Counted from the first letter of the stretch, positions 1 through 12,519 are shown. The stretch is 64,000 bases of DNA from Octopus vulgaris (GCA_951406725.2 OX597829.1:33232001-33296000), one strand, 5' to 3'. The notes: generated by a model from the sequence alone, not told the origin. Translations and numbers: made by a program.

Positions 1-358
1 GTGCACTGTTGAGAGTGTGGATGATGCAATCACTGTTGGACAGGCACTTGTTTATGTATTCAGTTTTGGTCTCATTAAGGTAAAGACCTACACAATTTGA
101 GGCTTGTTCAAGAGATTGTAAAAGAGACTGGGCATTGGAGAGAGAATCACTGATAAGAGCGATGTCGTCAGCAAAGTCAGTGTCTGTCAAGTACTCAGCT
201 GGGTGTCTGGAACTTCTTCTTGGTTTTATTTCAAAGCCCTTGCCAGAGATGGTATCAACTGACATACGTAGCACATAATCAACAACAATGATGAAAAGAA
301 ATGGGGCGAGTGTGTCTCCCTGCAGTATTCCGGCCTCGATCGAGAAAGATGATGTTTC
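1..358 (-). mobile_element. Non-LTR retrotransposon RT fragment (RTE/RTE-X-like), 5'-truncated at about 358, runs off the window edge
   Basis: Open minus frame ETSSFSIEAGILQGDTLAPFLFIIVVDYVLR...YLTDTDFADDIALIS...GLYLNETKTEY contains the QGD-x-L-x-P and FADD RT motifs. Confidence 0.9.
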
Positions 359-409
359 TAGGAACATGAATACACCAACGCCAGCTAGCCAAGCAGTGGT
401 GAGGAATAA

Positions 410-447
<38 letters not shown>

Positions 448-466
448 TTATATATATACACACACA

Positions 467-501
<35 letters not shown>

Positions 502-607
502 GTATATTTTATATATATATATAATATGTGTGTGTGTGTGTGTGTGTGTGTGTTTATTCCTCACCACTGCTTGGCTAGCTGGCGTTGGTGTATTCATGTT
601 CCTAGAA
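356..607. repeat. Perfect inverted repeat (356-410 / 553-607, extending into CA/TG arms) around a microsatellite; the right arm is part of a SINE 3' portion (553-730)
   Basis: ttctaggaacatg...gaggaataaa is the exact reverse complement of tttattcctc...catgttcctagaa. Confidence 0.9.
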
Positions 608-1007
608 CTTAACAAAAGAGACTGATAGAATAAGTACTAAGCTTTAAAAATATAAGTTCTGGAGTCAATTTTTTCAACTAAAACCATTTAAGGAGATGAC
701 TAAAACAAATAACAGTTAAAAGATAAAAGATGTGATGCTAAATATTAGCTTGTTTTTTATTAGGTAAAGAAGCTTTGTAAGTTGCCACTGATGTTGCTGT
801 TTAACTTTGGCTTAAATTTAACCTATGATCAAAAGCACATTTAAACAATGGCCTTCTTGCCTTGGACCCTCAATTCTTGACGGAATCAAAGAGACGCTGT
901 CATTAATACATGTTTTGTGCATGTTCAGGCCAGGCAGAGCTCATCACTCTCCAAGTACCATCTCCTCTTCCTCTTACTTCTTGAGAGAGGGGGGCAGAGG
1001 GAGAGCA

Positions 1008-1047
<40 letters not shown>

Positions 1048-1624
1048 GATTGATCCTAGTACTGGTATTTTATTTATCAAACCTAAAAGATTGAATTGCT
1101 GAGTTGACCACAACTAGATTTGAACTCAGAGCAAAGAGCTGAGTTGAATACATCAAGGTACTCTGTGTGATGCTCCAACGATTCTGCCAACTATCTAAAA
1201 TAGATAAGACAAATAGCATCCTATAAAGCTGTATCATTCCCAAAGACTAACCTTAGCTGACCACTGCTACTTAATTTATTCTATTGGGTGATGAAGGGCA
1301 AAAGTAATTTTGGAGGGATTTGAACACATATGTAATACATACATGATTGCCTAAAAACATACTTAATGCTGCAAAGTGGGGTTCAGTCTATTCTGAAAAT
1401 TATTCACTGGCATAGCTGTGGTTCTAGGTAAATTCCACTATGGTAAATTTCACTATAAGTAAAATTCACTATGGTAAATTCCACTACAGTAAATTCCACT
1501 ACAGTAAATTTCACTATAGTTAATATGGATACATTTTAGATCATATTTCATTCACACAAAGATGATGGCGAGTAGATAAAAATAAAGTTATGAAAAAAGT
1601 TTAATATATTTGAAGAAAATTCTT

Positions 1625-2866
1625 AGGTGCAGCAATGTCAAAGGAAGGCTAACTAGGAAGATGGTTTTTGTATGTGGCAGATGCTCGGGAGCATTAACCT
1701 CTGAAAATCTGCAGAAAACAACTTCTGTCACTTTCCAGGGGGAAAAACTAGAAGCAGTTGATAGCTTCTGTTATCTTGGTGACCAAGTCAGTAGTGGGGG
1801 TGGGTGTGCTGAAAGTGTAATGGCTAGAGTAAGAATAGCCTGGGCAAAGTTTAGGGAGCTCTTACCTCTGCTGGTGACTAAAGGCCTCTCGCTCAGAGTA
1901 AAAGGCAGACTGTATGATGCATGTGTACAAACAGCCATGCTACATGGCAGTGAAACATGGGCCGTGACTGCTGAGGACATGCGTAAGCTCACGAGAAATG
2001 AAGCCAGTATGCTCCGATGGATGTGTAATGTCAGTGTGCATGCTCAACAGAGCGTTAGTACCCTGAGAGAAATGTTGGACCTAAGGAGCATCAGTTGTGG
2101 TGTGCAAGAGAGATGATTGCGCTGGTATGGTCATGTGGCGAGAATGGATGAAGATAGGTGTGTGAAAAAGTGCTAATCCCTAGCAGTGGAGGGAACCCGT
2201 GGAAGAGGTAGACCCAGGAAAACTTGGGACGAGGTGGTGAAGCACGACCTTCGAACTTTAGGTCTCACTGAGAAAATGACCAGTGACCGAGACCTTTGGA
2301 AATATGCTGTGCGTGAAAAGACCAGGTAGGACAAGTGAGTCCAGCCCACTTATGCATGCCTTTCCTCCCTTGGACACACAAAGACCTGTTGAGGCAAGCG
2401 AAGTCGATATCAAACCTCATCCGACAACAGGCACCTATGCCAACCCCCCTTTGCCTGCGAAGACCTGTTGGGGCAAGTGAAATCGGAATCGAAATTGAAC
2501 CAATCCTATGACTGGCACCCGGCAGATGCCAGGACCCCTGGACTGGAGATACGTAAAAAGCACCATCCGAATCATGGCCGAAGCCAGTGCCGCCTCGACT
2601 GGCTTCCGTGCAGGTGGCACGTAAAATGTACCAATCCGACCATGGCCGATGCCAGCCTCGCCTGGCACCAGTGCAGGTGGCACGTAAAAAGCACCCACTA
2701 CCCTCACGGAGTGGTTGGCGTTAGGAAGGGCATCCAGCTGTAGAAACATTGCCAGATAAGACCGGAGCCTGGTGCAGCCTTCTGGCTTCCCAGATCCTCG
2801 GTCGAACCGTCCAACCCATGCTAGCATGGAGAACGGACGTTAAATGATGATGATGATGATGATGAC
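1625..2866 (+). mobile_element. 5'-truncated RTE-clade LINE (ORF C-terminus, tandem-repeat 3'UTR, (GAT)n tail) inserted in the MULE
   Basis: EAVDSFCYLG...ARVRIAWAKFREL...KGRLYDACVQTAMLHGSETW...GRGRPRKTW, with in-frame stops. Closely similar to the copy at 50980-52960. Confidence 0.92.
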
Positions 2867-2948
2867 AAATTGCATGCAATAGTTCTTAAAAATTGCAGAG
2901 CGTTTTCAGATTGATAATTCTCAACTATCTTCTTTAGTCCTGCATCAA

Positions 2949-4500
2949 TCATTTGATAGGACATTTTTTTGTTGTTGAGTCCCTACATTGAATGTGCGCA
3001 ATTTTCATCTGGCTTAAGCATTCTTCAGTCTTAAGAGCATTGCAAAGTTTCCACAAATCTGGATGTGTGGATGTTATCAATGACTGCAAAGCATTGTGGA
3101 ACTCTTCTACCGAATAATTTGCTCTTGGCAAGTCATTTAAAATGTGGTCACGTATATTCCAGAGTTGGATAGGAAACTGTGGGGTTTCTCTTCATGAACA
3201 AAGACCACGCCTCCTTACAATCTCAATGTATGAATTCTCGAAATAAGTGATAAACTCAGAAGGGATGCTTTCATGATCAGACAATTTTTCAAATCCATTG
3301 ACGTCTTTGCTTGGTAAAAATGCTAAAGCACAAAAACACTTAATTTTAAACTGAAAACTTTCATCTGTGTTGTATCTCCTATTCTCACCAAGTGCACATA
3401 TCTTCGCCAAACAGACTGTCTGAGATGAAAAACACAGCCAACTACTTCTAAATGCGGAAATACAGAAACAAATGAATTATGGAGAGCTTTTTCAAAGTCC
3501 ATGTGACAGATCGTAGGTCGACAATTTGCTCTTAAATCCTGCACAGCAGACAGAACATGATGATATGAGGCTTCTTTAAGACGCCGAGCTGGCCGAAACG
3601 TTAGCACGCCGGGCGAAATGTGTAGCTGTATTTCATCTGCTGTTACGTTCTGAGTTCAAATTCCGCCGAGGTCAACTTTGCCTTTCATCCTTTCGGGGTC
3701 GATAAATTAGGTACCAGTTTTGCACTGGGGTCGATGTAATCAACTTAATCTGTTTGTCTATCCTTGCTTGTCCTCTCTGTGTTTAGCCCATTGTGGGCAA
3801 TAAAGAAATAGATATGAGGCTTCTTTTTTGTCAGGAAGTAAAGCAAATAACCTGGGCACACATGACCCTCTAATGATATGTAGCATGAAAAGCTGACATC
3901 ACAAAGTGGGAAACACCTTAAAAGTCCCATCACAGGCCTGTTTTCAGAGCTTCCTAGATCATCGAACCCTTTTTCTGAGGAGAAAACTGTCTGAGTCATC
4001 AATGCCACTATCAAAGACCAAAACCAAGGACCCATTTTCTAAGTACTTAACTGCATCAGGAATTTCAAACCCTGAACGACAAGTTGAAGATGCTGGGATT
4101 CCTAGAGCATGCTGCCTCCGGTTACGTAAGTTGTGTGGAAGTCCAGGAATAGTTTGCAACAATGATTGTGCTTCCTCATCAAGATTTTGTACAGCAGTAG
4201 CAATTACTTCCCTTGAAGATACAGTGCCTGTTCTCATTACTTCACTTTTCATTGAATTAACTGCATTTCGGGCATTAATGTGTGCATTGCTTGCTGAGTG
4301 ATTATGGGAGCCCGTTGAAAAAATAAACTTCTAGTATGCTGGAGTTAAAAGTTGTATGTAGTCTAGCCCAGAAATCTTTGTAAAAATGTTCACAATGCCA
4401 ATATTTTTTTGTTTTGCTACTGTTAACTCCATTCTTTTTGTATACATGATTCTCTTTGTTGCAAAGTTTATGCATGTTCTCTGATGTTATAAATGCTGCA
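2949..4500 (-). pseudogene. MULE transposase pseudogene (FLYWCH-like N-terminus plus DDE MULE domain), frameshifted and interrupted by a SINE
   Basis: Motifs in order: KKYWHCEHFYKDFWARLHT (FLYWCH-like), DGTFK, MDFEKAL, GCVFHLRQS (CxxH), ALAFLP, YFENSY, NYSVEEFH. Confidence 0.85.
3578..3810 (+). mobile_element. tRNA-like SINE (family A) with a 16-bp target site duplication
   Basis: gatatgaggcttcttt at 3562-3577 and 3811-3826; B-box-like GAGTTCAAATTCC; core ctttgcctttcatcctttcggggtcgataaa. Confidence 0.9.
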
Positions 4501-4869
4501 TGGTTGAGGGTTTTTAAAGTTCAAAATCAAATTGAATAGAAAAAAATTAGCATTACAGTGAAATTCAGTTAAAAAATGAGTAACAATGACATAAACCTAT
4601 ATATTTTAACTAATAACTAATTACTTGAGAGGTGTGTAACAAGGGCATGCATAATCAGTTTTCTATAGACCATTTACTGTAGTTGAATTTACCATAGTGG
4701 AATATACCGCTGTGAATTTTACCTATAGTGGAATTTAACTAACAACTAATTAATTAAGAAGTGTGTAACAAGGACATGTATAATTAGTTTTCTATAGACC
4801 GCTATTTTCCGAGTGGAATTTACCGTAGTGGAATTTACCTTAGTGGAATATACAGCAGTGAATTTTACC

Positions 4870-5575
4870 CAGTGGCAGCTTGTAGATAAAATTATTTGGG
4901 GTGCTGCTTCAAAAAATTTTTAGCCATTGTTTTAATATTGTGTAAAAGGAAACAAACATATAAAAAGAAAATTTATACATAAACTTGATCAGTTTGCGTT
5001 TTAGCCACTGCAATGTAGTGTGTTTAATTTCTTCACTGAACACTGCTGCTAATTCCCCCTTTTTTTCTCAAAAGTCCCTCCTAAATCACAAAATAAGATG
5101 GGGAAATTTGCCCTATTTTTCAAATCCTGGCAGCAACACCGAAGCCGAAAGCAGGATAATAATCTAATTCTACACTTTATCATATTCAAGAATATAAACA
5201 TGTTTTTAAGTACAACACAGACGGAGTCAAAAAGAATCACTACCTTTCACCAGAACACCAGGATCAGCACTGTCATTCACACAGTGCTCTCTCTCCCTAG
5301 CATGTAGCTTCCTATCTTGGTCATGTGAGCATGCGCACAAAAGCCAAACACTGCATTGCTGGAACTGTGAAGTGTACAGTTCTATATAAGGATTTTTATA
5401 TTTTTTTCATAAAGTAGGGGATGGCTACTGGCATTAAGCTTAAGGATTATATAATGTACAAGTATAAAGAAAGAATTAAGGGGAAAAGGACTCATTATAT
5501 TGAATGCTATTGGTAATATTGAGTGGAAATAGTGGGTACTGCAGTTCCACAGTGCCTATACATGAGCCTCCACTG
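4870..5575. mobile_element. Non-autonomous hAT-like element inserted in the MULE terminal repeat
   Basis: Ends are CAGTGGCAGC.../...GCCTCCACTG. The 8-bp attttacc occurs at 4862-4869 and again at 5579-5586, with 3 extra nt before the right copy. Confidence 0.65.
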
Positions 5576-6088
5576 ATGATTTTACCTATCTTGAAATTTA
5601 CTGGTCATGTAGTGGGGGGGAAGTCCAGGGTGGTAATTTTCATCCTGTTGTAGGTTATTGCTGTAGGCAATATGTGTTTTTTGTGGGGTCTGGGGGTGGC
5701 AAACAAAAGGACTGCCCCTGGCAGCACACACTCAAACTATGCTAGTGCTGCTATTCCTCTTTGATTTGAAATATTAAATACACAAAAGAGTGTGAGAGTG
5801 CTTGGCAGGGGATTATTTTTGACAATTTTAAAGAGAATGACTCATGGATATTAATAGCTCTGCTTGAAGTGGGTGGCTGGGAGGGTGTGAATAAACACTG
5901 CTGTGCATAGGCAAAGAAAACTGACACAGCAGTTTCACCTGGGCATTGGAGCTGATAACATAATCCAGAGCACTGTAGTTTCTGTCAATGGTTTTGGAGT
6001 GGCCTGTTTCTCCATATTTTGGGATTTATAAGTTTCTATTTTAATGTATGTATGATTAATGTATGTATGATTAATGTATGTATGTTTA

Positions 6089-6132
<44 letters not shown>

Positions 6133-6137
<5 letters not shown>

Positions 6138-6830
6138 CTATATTTTGGAATGGTCATTTTGCCAGTTTAGCCAATAAAAACACACGCACTATATATTTGG
6201 TGTTACTTTGCTTCAGTGTTATTTATTTTTTACATTAATCTTAATCTTATTTCGGCCAGAGTTCTTTCGTCACACTCCTGTGACCGCATCAGTGGTCCTT
6301 TGTTTTCTTCTTTCTTATTTGTGTCTCTCCTTACTAACCGTCAGCCATTTTGTATTTCTATTGTAAAAAAAAAAACAACAAAAAAACAAAAAAAATACAA
6401 AATACAAATTACATGAACATATAAAATTACAAATTACATGAACATATATAAACAGAAGATACAAATATTACAGGCATCCCCCACATACACACACTAAATG
6501 AACATAAACGCACATAGAGATATAAGCATGCGCAAATGAAGACATACAATAGAAATACAAAATGGCTGACGGTTAGTAAGGAGAGACACAAGTAAGTGAG
6601 AAGAAAACAAAGGACCACTGATGCGGTCACAGGAGTGTGACGAAAGAACTCTGGCCAAAATAAGATTAAGATTAATGTAAAAAATAAATAACACTGAAGC
6701 AAAGTAACACCAAATATATAGTGCGTGTGTTTTTATTGGCTAAACTGGCAAAATGACCATTCTGAAATATAACAATATCTGTTTCAACACACGACTTCAC
6801 ATAAAAAATCTTGCACAACAAATATTTAAA
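6133..6830. mobile_element. Penelope-like non-coding foldback module: ~230-bp inverted arms (6133-6365 / 6545-6778) between (TA)n tracts
   Basis: Arms are near-identical reverse complements and each carries a minimal hammerhead motif. An older copy of the same family lies at 23305-23660. Confidence 0.7.
6612..6656 (+). ncRNA. Minimal type I hammerhead ribozyme-like motif (mirror copy on the minus strand at about 6254-6299)
   Basis: ggacca-CTGATGCG-GTCACA(ggag)TGTGAC-GAAAG-aa-CTC-tggcc. Helix II is 6 bp, helix I pairs cca/tgg, the cleavage triplet is CUC, and the core deviates at A9. Confidence 0.55.
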
Positions 6831-6831
6831 C

Positions 6832-6865
<34 letters not shown>

Positions 6866-6867
<2 letters not shown>

Positions 6868-6965
6868 TGCAAGCATGGCTGTATGGTAAGAAGCTTACTT
6901 CCCAACCATATGGGTTCGGTCCTACTGTGTGATACCTTGAGCAAGTGTCTTCTACTACATTGTTC
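6866..6965 (+). mobile_element. SINE family B 5' (tRNA-like head) fragment
   Basis: Matches the head of the full copy at 56880 (tggctgtatggtaagaagcttacttcccaacc...). Confidence 0.7.
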
Positions 6966-6974
6966 CATCACCAC

Positions 6975-7335
6975 ATTACCTTAGGTTGAGAAGGGACTTT
7001 GTATCAGCCACAGATCTGATCAGTAGCCCTCAACAGGTTGTCCTGTAGGAAGCTCCAGTTGTCCTCCACATTATGTGATGCTATATCATCTTCTTTTTCA
7101 TCAAAAGCTTCAAGAAATACTTCTCTAAATCTGTCCATTCAGAGGATCCTTAAGCTTTCATACCCCTCTTTTCCATGCTAGTCATCTTCTGGGCAGTCAT
7201 TTAGCCCTGATCCTGAAGTTGCTAACTGCTAACCTATGTTATGAGGTGCATTCTTCACCTGGGAAAGTTTTAGTGTTTATAAGTAGACATCTTTCCTGGC
7301 AAGAATGTAGTCAATCTAACTAGTGTGCCCACCAG
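6975..7335 (-). mobile_element. RTE LINE fragment (end of the AP-endonuclease and linker)
   Basis: Degenerate minus translation IDYILAR...FPGEECTS*HRL...KLKDP. Confidence 0.65.
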
Positions 7336-7592
7336 AAATTAAGCTTAGCAGAAATTAAGGATAAACCACTGGACAGATCATAATACATTCCAGTGTTGGT
7401 TTATGTAATTTTTGATATTTGTAAGATAATAGTACTCTGAAGTTAATTATCTTCCTTTGATTTTTCTTTCTTTTTTTAAATGCTTATTCAAACATTTTGT
7501 TTTTACCAGCTTGATAAATGGTGAAATAAATTAATATTTTGATCAGGAAACATTGGGTAGCTTATTTCACAAACTTTTTTGTGATTTTTATT

Positions 7593-7629
<37 letters not shown>

Positions 7630-7631
<2 letters not shown>

Positions 7632-8320
7632 CGGACAGCAATTCTACATGGTATTGAGACGTGGGCCCCAAATGCAGAGGACATGTGAAGGTTAGAAAGG
7701 AACGAGGCTAGTATGCTCTGCTAGATGTGTAATGTAAGCGTACATGTTCAACAGAGTGCTAGTGCTTTGAGAGAGAATGGAGGCATGGGAGAAATTAGAT
7801 GCTGGGTGCAAGAGAGAAGACTGTGCTGGTTTAGTCATGTGATGTGGATAGATGCTGGTAGCTTCTTAAAGAAGTGCCAATCTCTCAAAGTGAATGGAAC
7901 ACATGGGGGTGGGAGATCCAGGATAATATGGGACAAAGTGCTGAAGAATGACTTCAAGATGCTAAACCTTTCAGGAGAGATGACAAAAGTCTGAGATGTC
8001 TGGTGCCCTGTTGTACTCAGGAAGATCCATACTCTGCACCAGAAGAGTTAAGACTGGTCCCCCAGTAGTGAGGATTGACCTGCAAGAGTCCTAGGCTAGT
8101 GACATGTAAAAAGCACCTGTGAAGTGACATGTAAAAGCACCCCTGCATTGTCACGTAAAAGCACCTGGTACACTCTGTAAAGTAGTTGATGTTAAGAAGG
8201 GAATCCAGTCATAAAAACCATGCCAAATCAGACTGGAGTCTGGTGCAGTTTCCCAGCTTGCCAACTCTGGTCAAACTGTCCAACCCATGCCACCCTGGAC
8301 AATGGACATTAAAGAACAAT
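7630..8320 (+). mobile_element. Old RTE LINE 3' fragment with 3'UTR
   Basis: MCNVSVHVQQS...QERRLCWFSHV...GGGRSRIIW followed by the RTE tail sequence. Confidence 0.8.
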
Positions 8321-8884
8321 GATAAATATATGATACATTGTGTGTGTGTATGTGTGTGTATGTGTGTCTATGGGTCTATGATGTGTGTATATGTTTAAAT
8401 GTGTATTAAGGACAAGTTATGCATATGTATAAATTTAAGTTATGCAATTTACATTTTCATTTCTACAATAGTTTTTCTTTATTAGTGAATGTAGTTTTGT
8501 ATTGTAAGAAATATAAAAAATAATAATGAAAGTAGACACTTTAGTTTTGAATAAGGAAAGAGGGTGGTCAAAGTTTTGGATTGTCACTCATTTGTGGAAT
8601 CTATCTGAGTGTGTGCGTGTGTGTGTGAGCGCATGTGCATGTATTTATGTATGTATATGTGTATGTATATAGAAAAAATAGTGAGAAATAGTTGAAAATG
8701 CATAAAAATTTTCTTTATATATATATAAAATTAAAATCAAAATGAGGGTGAAAAATTGGATATTAATTATATAACATCAATTTAACACCAGTGGTCTGGA
8801 GAACAATTCTTAGTGGTTGAGACCATAGCGGGTCTTTTTCTAGCGTAAGATTTCTACATAGTGGTTCCCTCTTATATTTATATA

Positions 8885-9495
8885 TCATCATCATCATCGT
8901 TTAACGTCCGCTTTCCATGCTAGCATGGGTTGGACGATTTTGACTGAGGGCTGGTGAACCAGATGGCTGCACCAGGCTCCAATCTTGATCTGGCAGAGTT
9001 TCTACAGCTTGATGCCCTTCCTAATGCCAACCACTCCGAGAGTGTAGTGGGTGCTTTTTACGTGCTACCAGCATGGGGGCCAGTCAGGCGGTACTGGCAA
9101 CGACATCACTCGAATCCCTTTACATGTGTCCCCGGCACAGGTGCCAGTGAAGCGATGTCGGTAACGGTCACACTCAAATGGTGCCCTTTTACATGCCATG
9201 GGTACGGAAGCCAGTTGGCTGCTCTGGCAATGATCTCGCTCAGATGGTGCTCTTGGTACCCTACTAGCACAGGCATAAGTGCCAGTAAGGCGATGCTGGT
9301 AACGATCATACTCGAATAGCTGCTTTGTCAACGATCACACTCGTATGGTGCTCTTTGCACCCTGCTAGCACAGATGCCAGTCATCGAATTGATTTTGATT
9401 TCACTTGCCTCAACAGGTCTTCGCAAACTGAGTTTAGTGACCAAAGAAGGAAAAGGTACACATAAGTGGGCTGGTTGTGCTCATGGCATAGGCCA
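8885..9495 (-). mobile_element. RTE 3'UTR/tail copy with internal tandem units
   Basis: (CAT)n-cgtttaacgtccgctttccatgctagcatgggttggacg is the reverse complement of the RTE tail. Confidence 0.85.
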
Positions 9496-9499
9496 CACA

Positions 9500-9720
9500 C
9501 ACATACTAGCTGGTAGTTTCAAAGCAGTTGTCTGCAGTTATTCTCTTTCTCTTTTATTTTCAAAGGGATACTCATACCAACAGGGTAGCTGATCTGCATG
9601 ATTGTAGATCTTTTTTCTTGTCTGTCCCAAACAACAATATTTGCCCTGTTATGTTTGCACTTGGTAGAAATTTTGATGAGAACGTTTACTTTGTTTATGA
9701 ATTCAACAACAATGGGGTCC
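9500..9720 (-). mobile_element. Restriction-like endonuclease fragment of an R2-group (R4/Dong/CRE-type) LINE
   Basis: IKISTKCKHNRANIVVWDRQEKRSTIMQISYP...KIKEKENN is a decayed HNRPDIV...E...K (PD-(D/E)xK) signature. Confidence 0.7.
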
Positions 9721-9809
9721 TCTATGTATGTACATACATGTGTACAGGTGTACGCATGTGTGTACATATGTGTGTACATACGTGCATACACATGCATATG
9801 TGTGTATGT

Positions 9810-10146
9810 TCATACATACACACACATACAAACATACATACATACATGCATACATACACACACACTTACATATATATATACATGCATGCATACATACATA
9901 CATACACACACATACATATATACATACATACATACACACACATACATACATACATATACATACACACACATACATACATACATACACACATACATACATA
10001 CATACATACATACATACACACACATACATACATTACATACATACATACATACGTACATACATACGTACATACATACATACATGCATACATACATACATAC
10101 ATACATACATACATACATACATACATACATACATACATACATACAT
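9810..10146. repeat. (CATA)n/(CA)n compound microsatellite
   Basis: Direct reading; it generates the HTYI/MYVC junk ORFs. Confidence 0.95.
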
Positions 10147-10419
10147 AGTAGCTGCTTTTTTGTAAATGAGCAAAGCCATTGCTAGAAAGAATCACTGAAA
10201 TGATACATACATACTTATGTATGTATGTATGCATGTATGTAAAAACTGGATGGTCATGGCTAGGATGAATTTAGTCTACTACCAATACTCACTACCATAC
10301 CTTGCAGCAGATAATGTTGACCAGAATATACTTATATCTAAATGAAAGACGGAATAGTTACAGTTAGAATGCTTTTGATTAAAGACATATTTCACTAAGA
10401 ACCTGGATCCTGACCCCTG

Positions 10420-10607
10420 TACTGGTGGCACATAAAAAGCACCCACTGCACTCTCAGAGTGGTTGGCATTAGAAAGGGCATCCAGCTGTAGAAACATTGC
10501 CAGATCAGACTGGTGCCTGGTGCAGCCTCCTGGCTTTTCAGATCCCAGTCAAACCGTCCAACCCATGCCAGCATGGAAAACAGACGTTAAACAATGATGA
10601 TGATGAT
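10420..10607 (+). mobile_element. RTE 3' tail copy
   Basis: aagcacccactgcactctcagagtggttggcattag...(GAT)n. Confidence 0.85.
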
Positions 10608-11259
10608 GCTTATGTTGCTGCTGCTGATGATGATGACACTTTCTGGCTCAAACCAATCTAATTGTTGGCCCTACAACATGTAACACTTTATTTGTGAGGA
10701 ATTTCCTGTCCACTCCTGCTCAGACAAGGATTGGATAAAGTAGAAAGAAAAAATAATAATCTGAAATAGAAAACCAGAAGGATCAAATGAATGCTGGAAA
10801 AAAAGTCATAGAGAAACTTCAGTGTTTGATTTAATATTTTTGCTTTGTTTTGCCTCATTTCTTCACATAAGATACTAAATAAAATGTTTTGATTTTTTAA
10901 AGTGTAATGTTAGTACTACACAAACGGTTATCATTGAGTTTGTTGTGGCCTTAAATATTTAGAATATTGTTTATTTAATGACTTTAACATTCATTTACTT
11001 TTTCCTACCTAAAATTGTTGATAAAATTACAAAATAATGATGATTATAATTGTTCACTTTCATTGATTTCATTTTGTGCAAAAGTTGGTACACTAATTTT
11101 AAAATTACCTCAATTTGTTGTCCACTTCATGGTCATAAAAATTTTTAACGTAATTTTAAGCACATGTATGGCTGTGTGGTAGGAAGCTTGCTTCCCAACC
11201 ATATAATTTTGGGTTCATTTGTGAATGGATTCAGTAGATGGAAACTGAAAGAAGCCCAT

Positions 11260-11310
<51 letters not shown>

Positions 11311-11480
11311 ATATATAAATATGTGTGTGTACACACATATACACATATATAATTTGATCTACGGACATTTATGTAAGTAAAATTACGTAATATGTTGATA
11401 GTGAAACATGTATGCGAATAATCCATATTTTTATTGCTTTTTCTTTTGTCTTGCTTGAGTACATTTTGGCTGTTTTGCTA

Positions 11481-11569
11481 AATTTTTCTTGAGAACATTT
11501 CTTAGTGGTAAGACCATAGTGGATCTATTTCTAGCATAAGGGTGTCCACATAGTGGTTTCCCTCTAATA

Positions 11570-11600
<31 letters not shown>

Positions 11601-11609
11601 CATATACAT

Positions 11610-11667
<58 letters not shown>

Positions 11668-11925
11668 ATTATTATATGTAGAAAAATACAAACTGGGACA
11701 AGAACGCAAAACACTTAGAAGACGATACAAAAAACACGGACGGGACATTCGAAGCCCTCAATCTTCAGTCAAGAACCGGATCATTGTAGCAATTTCGGCA
11801 CACATATATGTGTGTGTGTGTGTATATATATATACATATTAGAGGGAAACCACTATACGGACACCCTTATGCTAGAAATAGATCCGCTATGGTGTTACTA
11901 CTAAGAAATGTTTTCAAGAAAAATT
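11481..11925. repeat. ~95-bp inverted repeat (11481-11580 / 11830-11925) around microsatellites; a related copy lies at about 8810-8875
   Basis: cttagtggtaagaccatagtggatctatttctagcataagggtgtcc versus ggacacccttatgctagaaatagatccgctatggtgttactactaag. Confidence 0.8.
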
Positions 11926-12149
11926 ATGTATATATATATATATATACACTTATACATACATATATATATATATATTGTACTGTTCCAGATCAACAAAAAA
12001 AGTAAGCCATTTGGTGGGAGATAAATATTATTTAATAAACACAATATAGAAGTTTTTATGTGCTATTATTGGTTTCATGGTTTGGGAGCATGGCAGACAG
12101 TGTTTATTAACATATCTGGTGTCTTTGCATGACTGGTGTCCTTGCACAT

Positions 12150-12425
12150 CTGATGTTCTGTATCAGACTATGTGAAGGCGAATTAAAAACCACTTTGCTA
12201 ATCACATATCTTCCTTCTGATTGAGGGATGAAAGTAAAGCTATAAAGTTGGTCAGCCACATAATGGGTTTGAAGTGGAACTCTGCACCACATACAATAAA
12301 GTGGAAAATAATTGAAAAATCCACACCATGTGTTAACAGGTCAAGAAAATGTAAGCTATACATAGCTAAAAGAGCTCAGATTCTTTTCAAATCTAAGAAT
12401 ACTAACTTTAGATCCAAAATTCAGA
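12150..12425 (+). mobile_element. Penelope-like GIY-YIG endonuclease remnant
   Basis: IRLCEGELK...ANHISSF, then RDESKAIKLVSHIMGLK...IKWKIIEKSTPC...KCKLYIA, typical of a Penelope C-terminus. Confidence 0.75.
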
Positions 12426-12469
12426 TCATATATATGCCTATAATATATATGTGTATGTACATATGTATG

Positions 12470-12519
<50 letters not shown>

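Larger units (their letters stand above)
1405..5605 (-). mobile_element. Degenerate Mutator/MULE DNA transposon with long inverted ends built from ~15-bp repeats; carries nested insertions
   Basis: A GGTAAATTCCACTA array at 1427-1520 faces its reverse-complement TAGTGGAATTTACC array at about 4670-4869, with transposase remnants between them. Outer boundaries are approximate. Confidence 0.8.

Noticed and set aside
9566-9725. Apparent plus-strand exon with good splice sites (DTHTNRVADLHDCRSFF...NNNGVLY)
   Set aside because: The opposite strand encodes a recognisable LINE restriction-like endonuclease fragment, so the open frame is best explained as antisense TE sequence.
9528-10234. Long HTYI/MYVC ORFs, and similar YIYI ORFs at 20875-21480 and 23823-24686
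   Set aside because: Translations of stop-free microsatellites.
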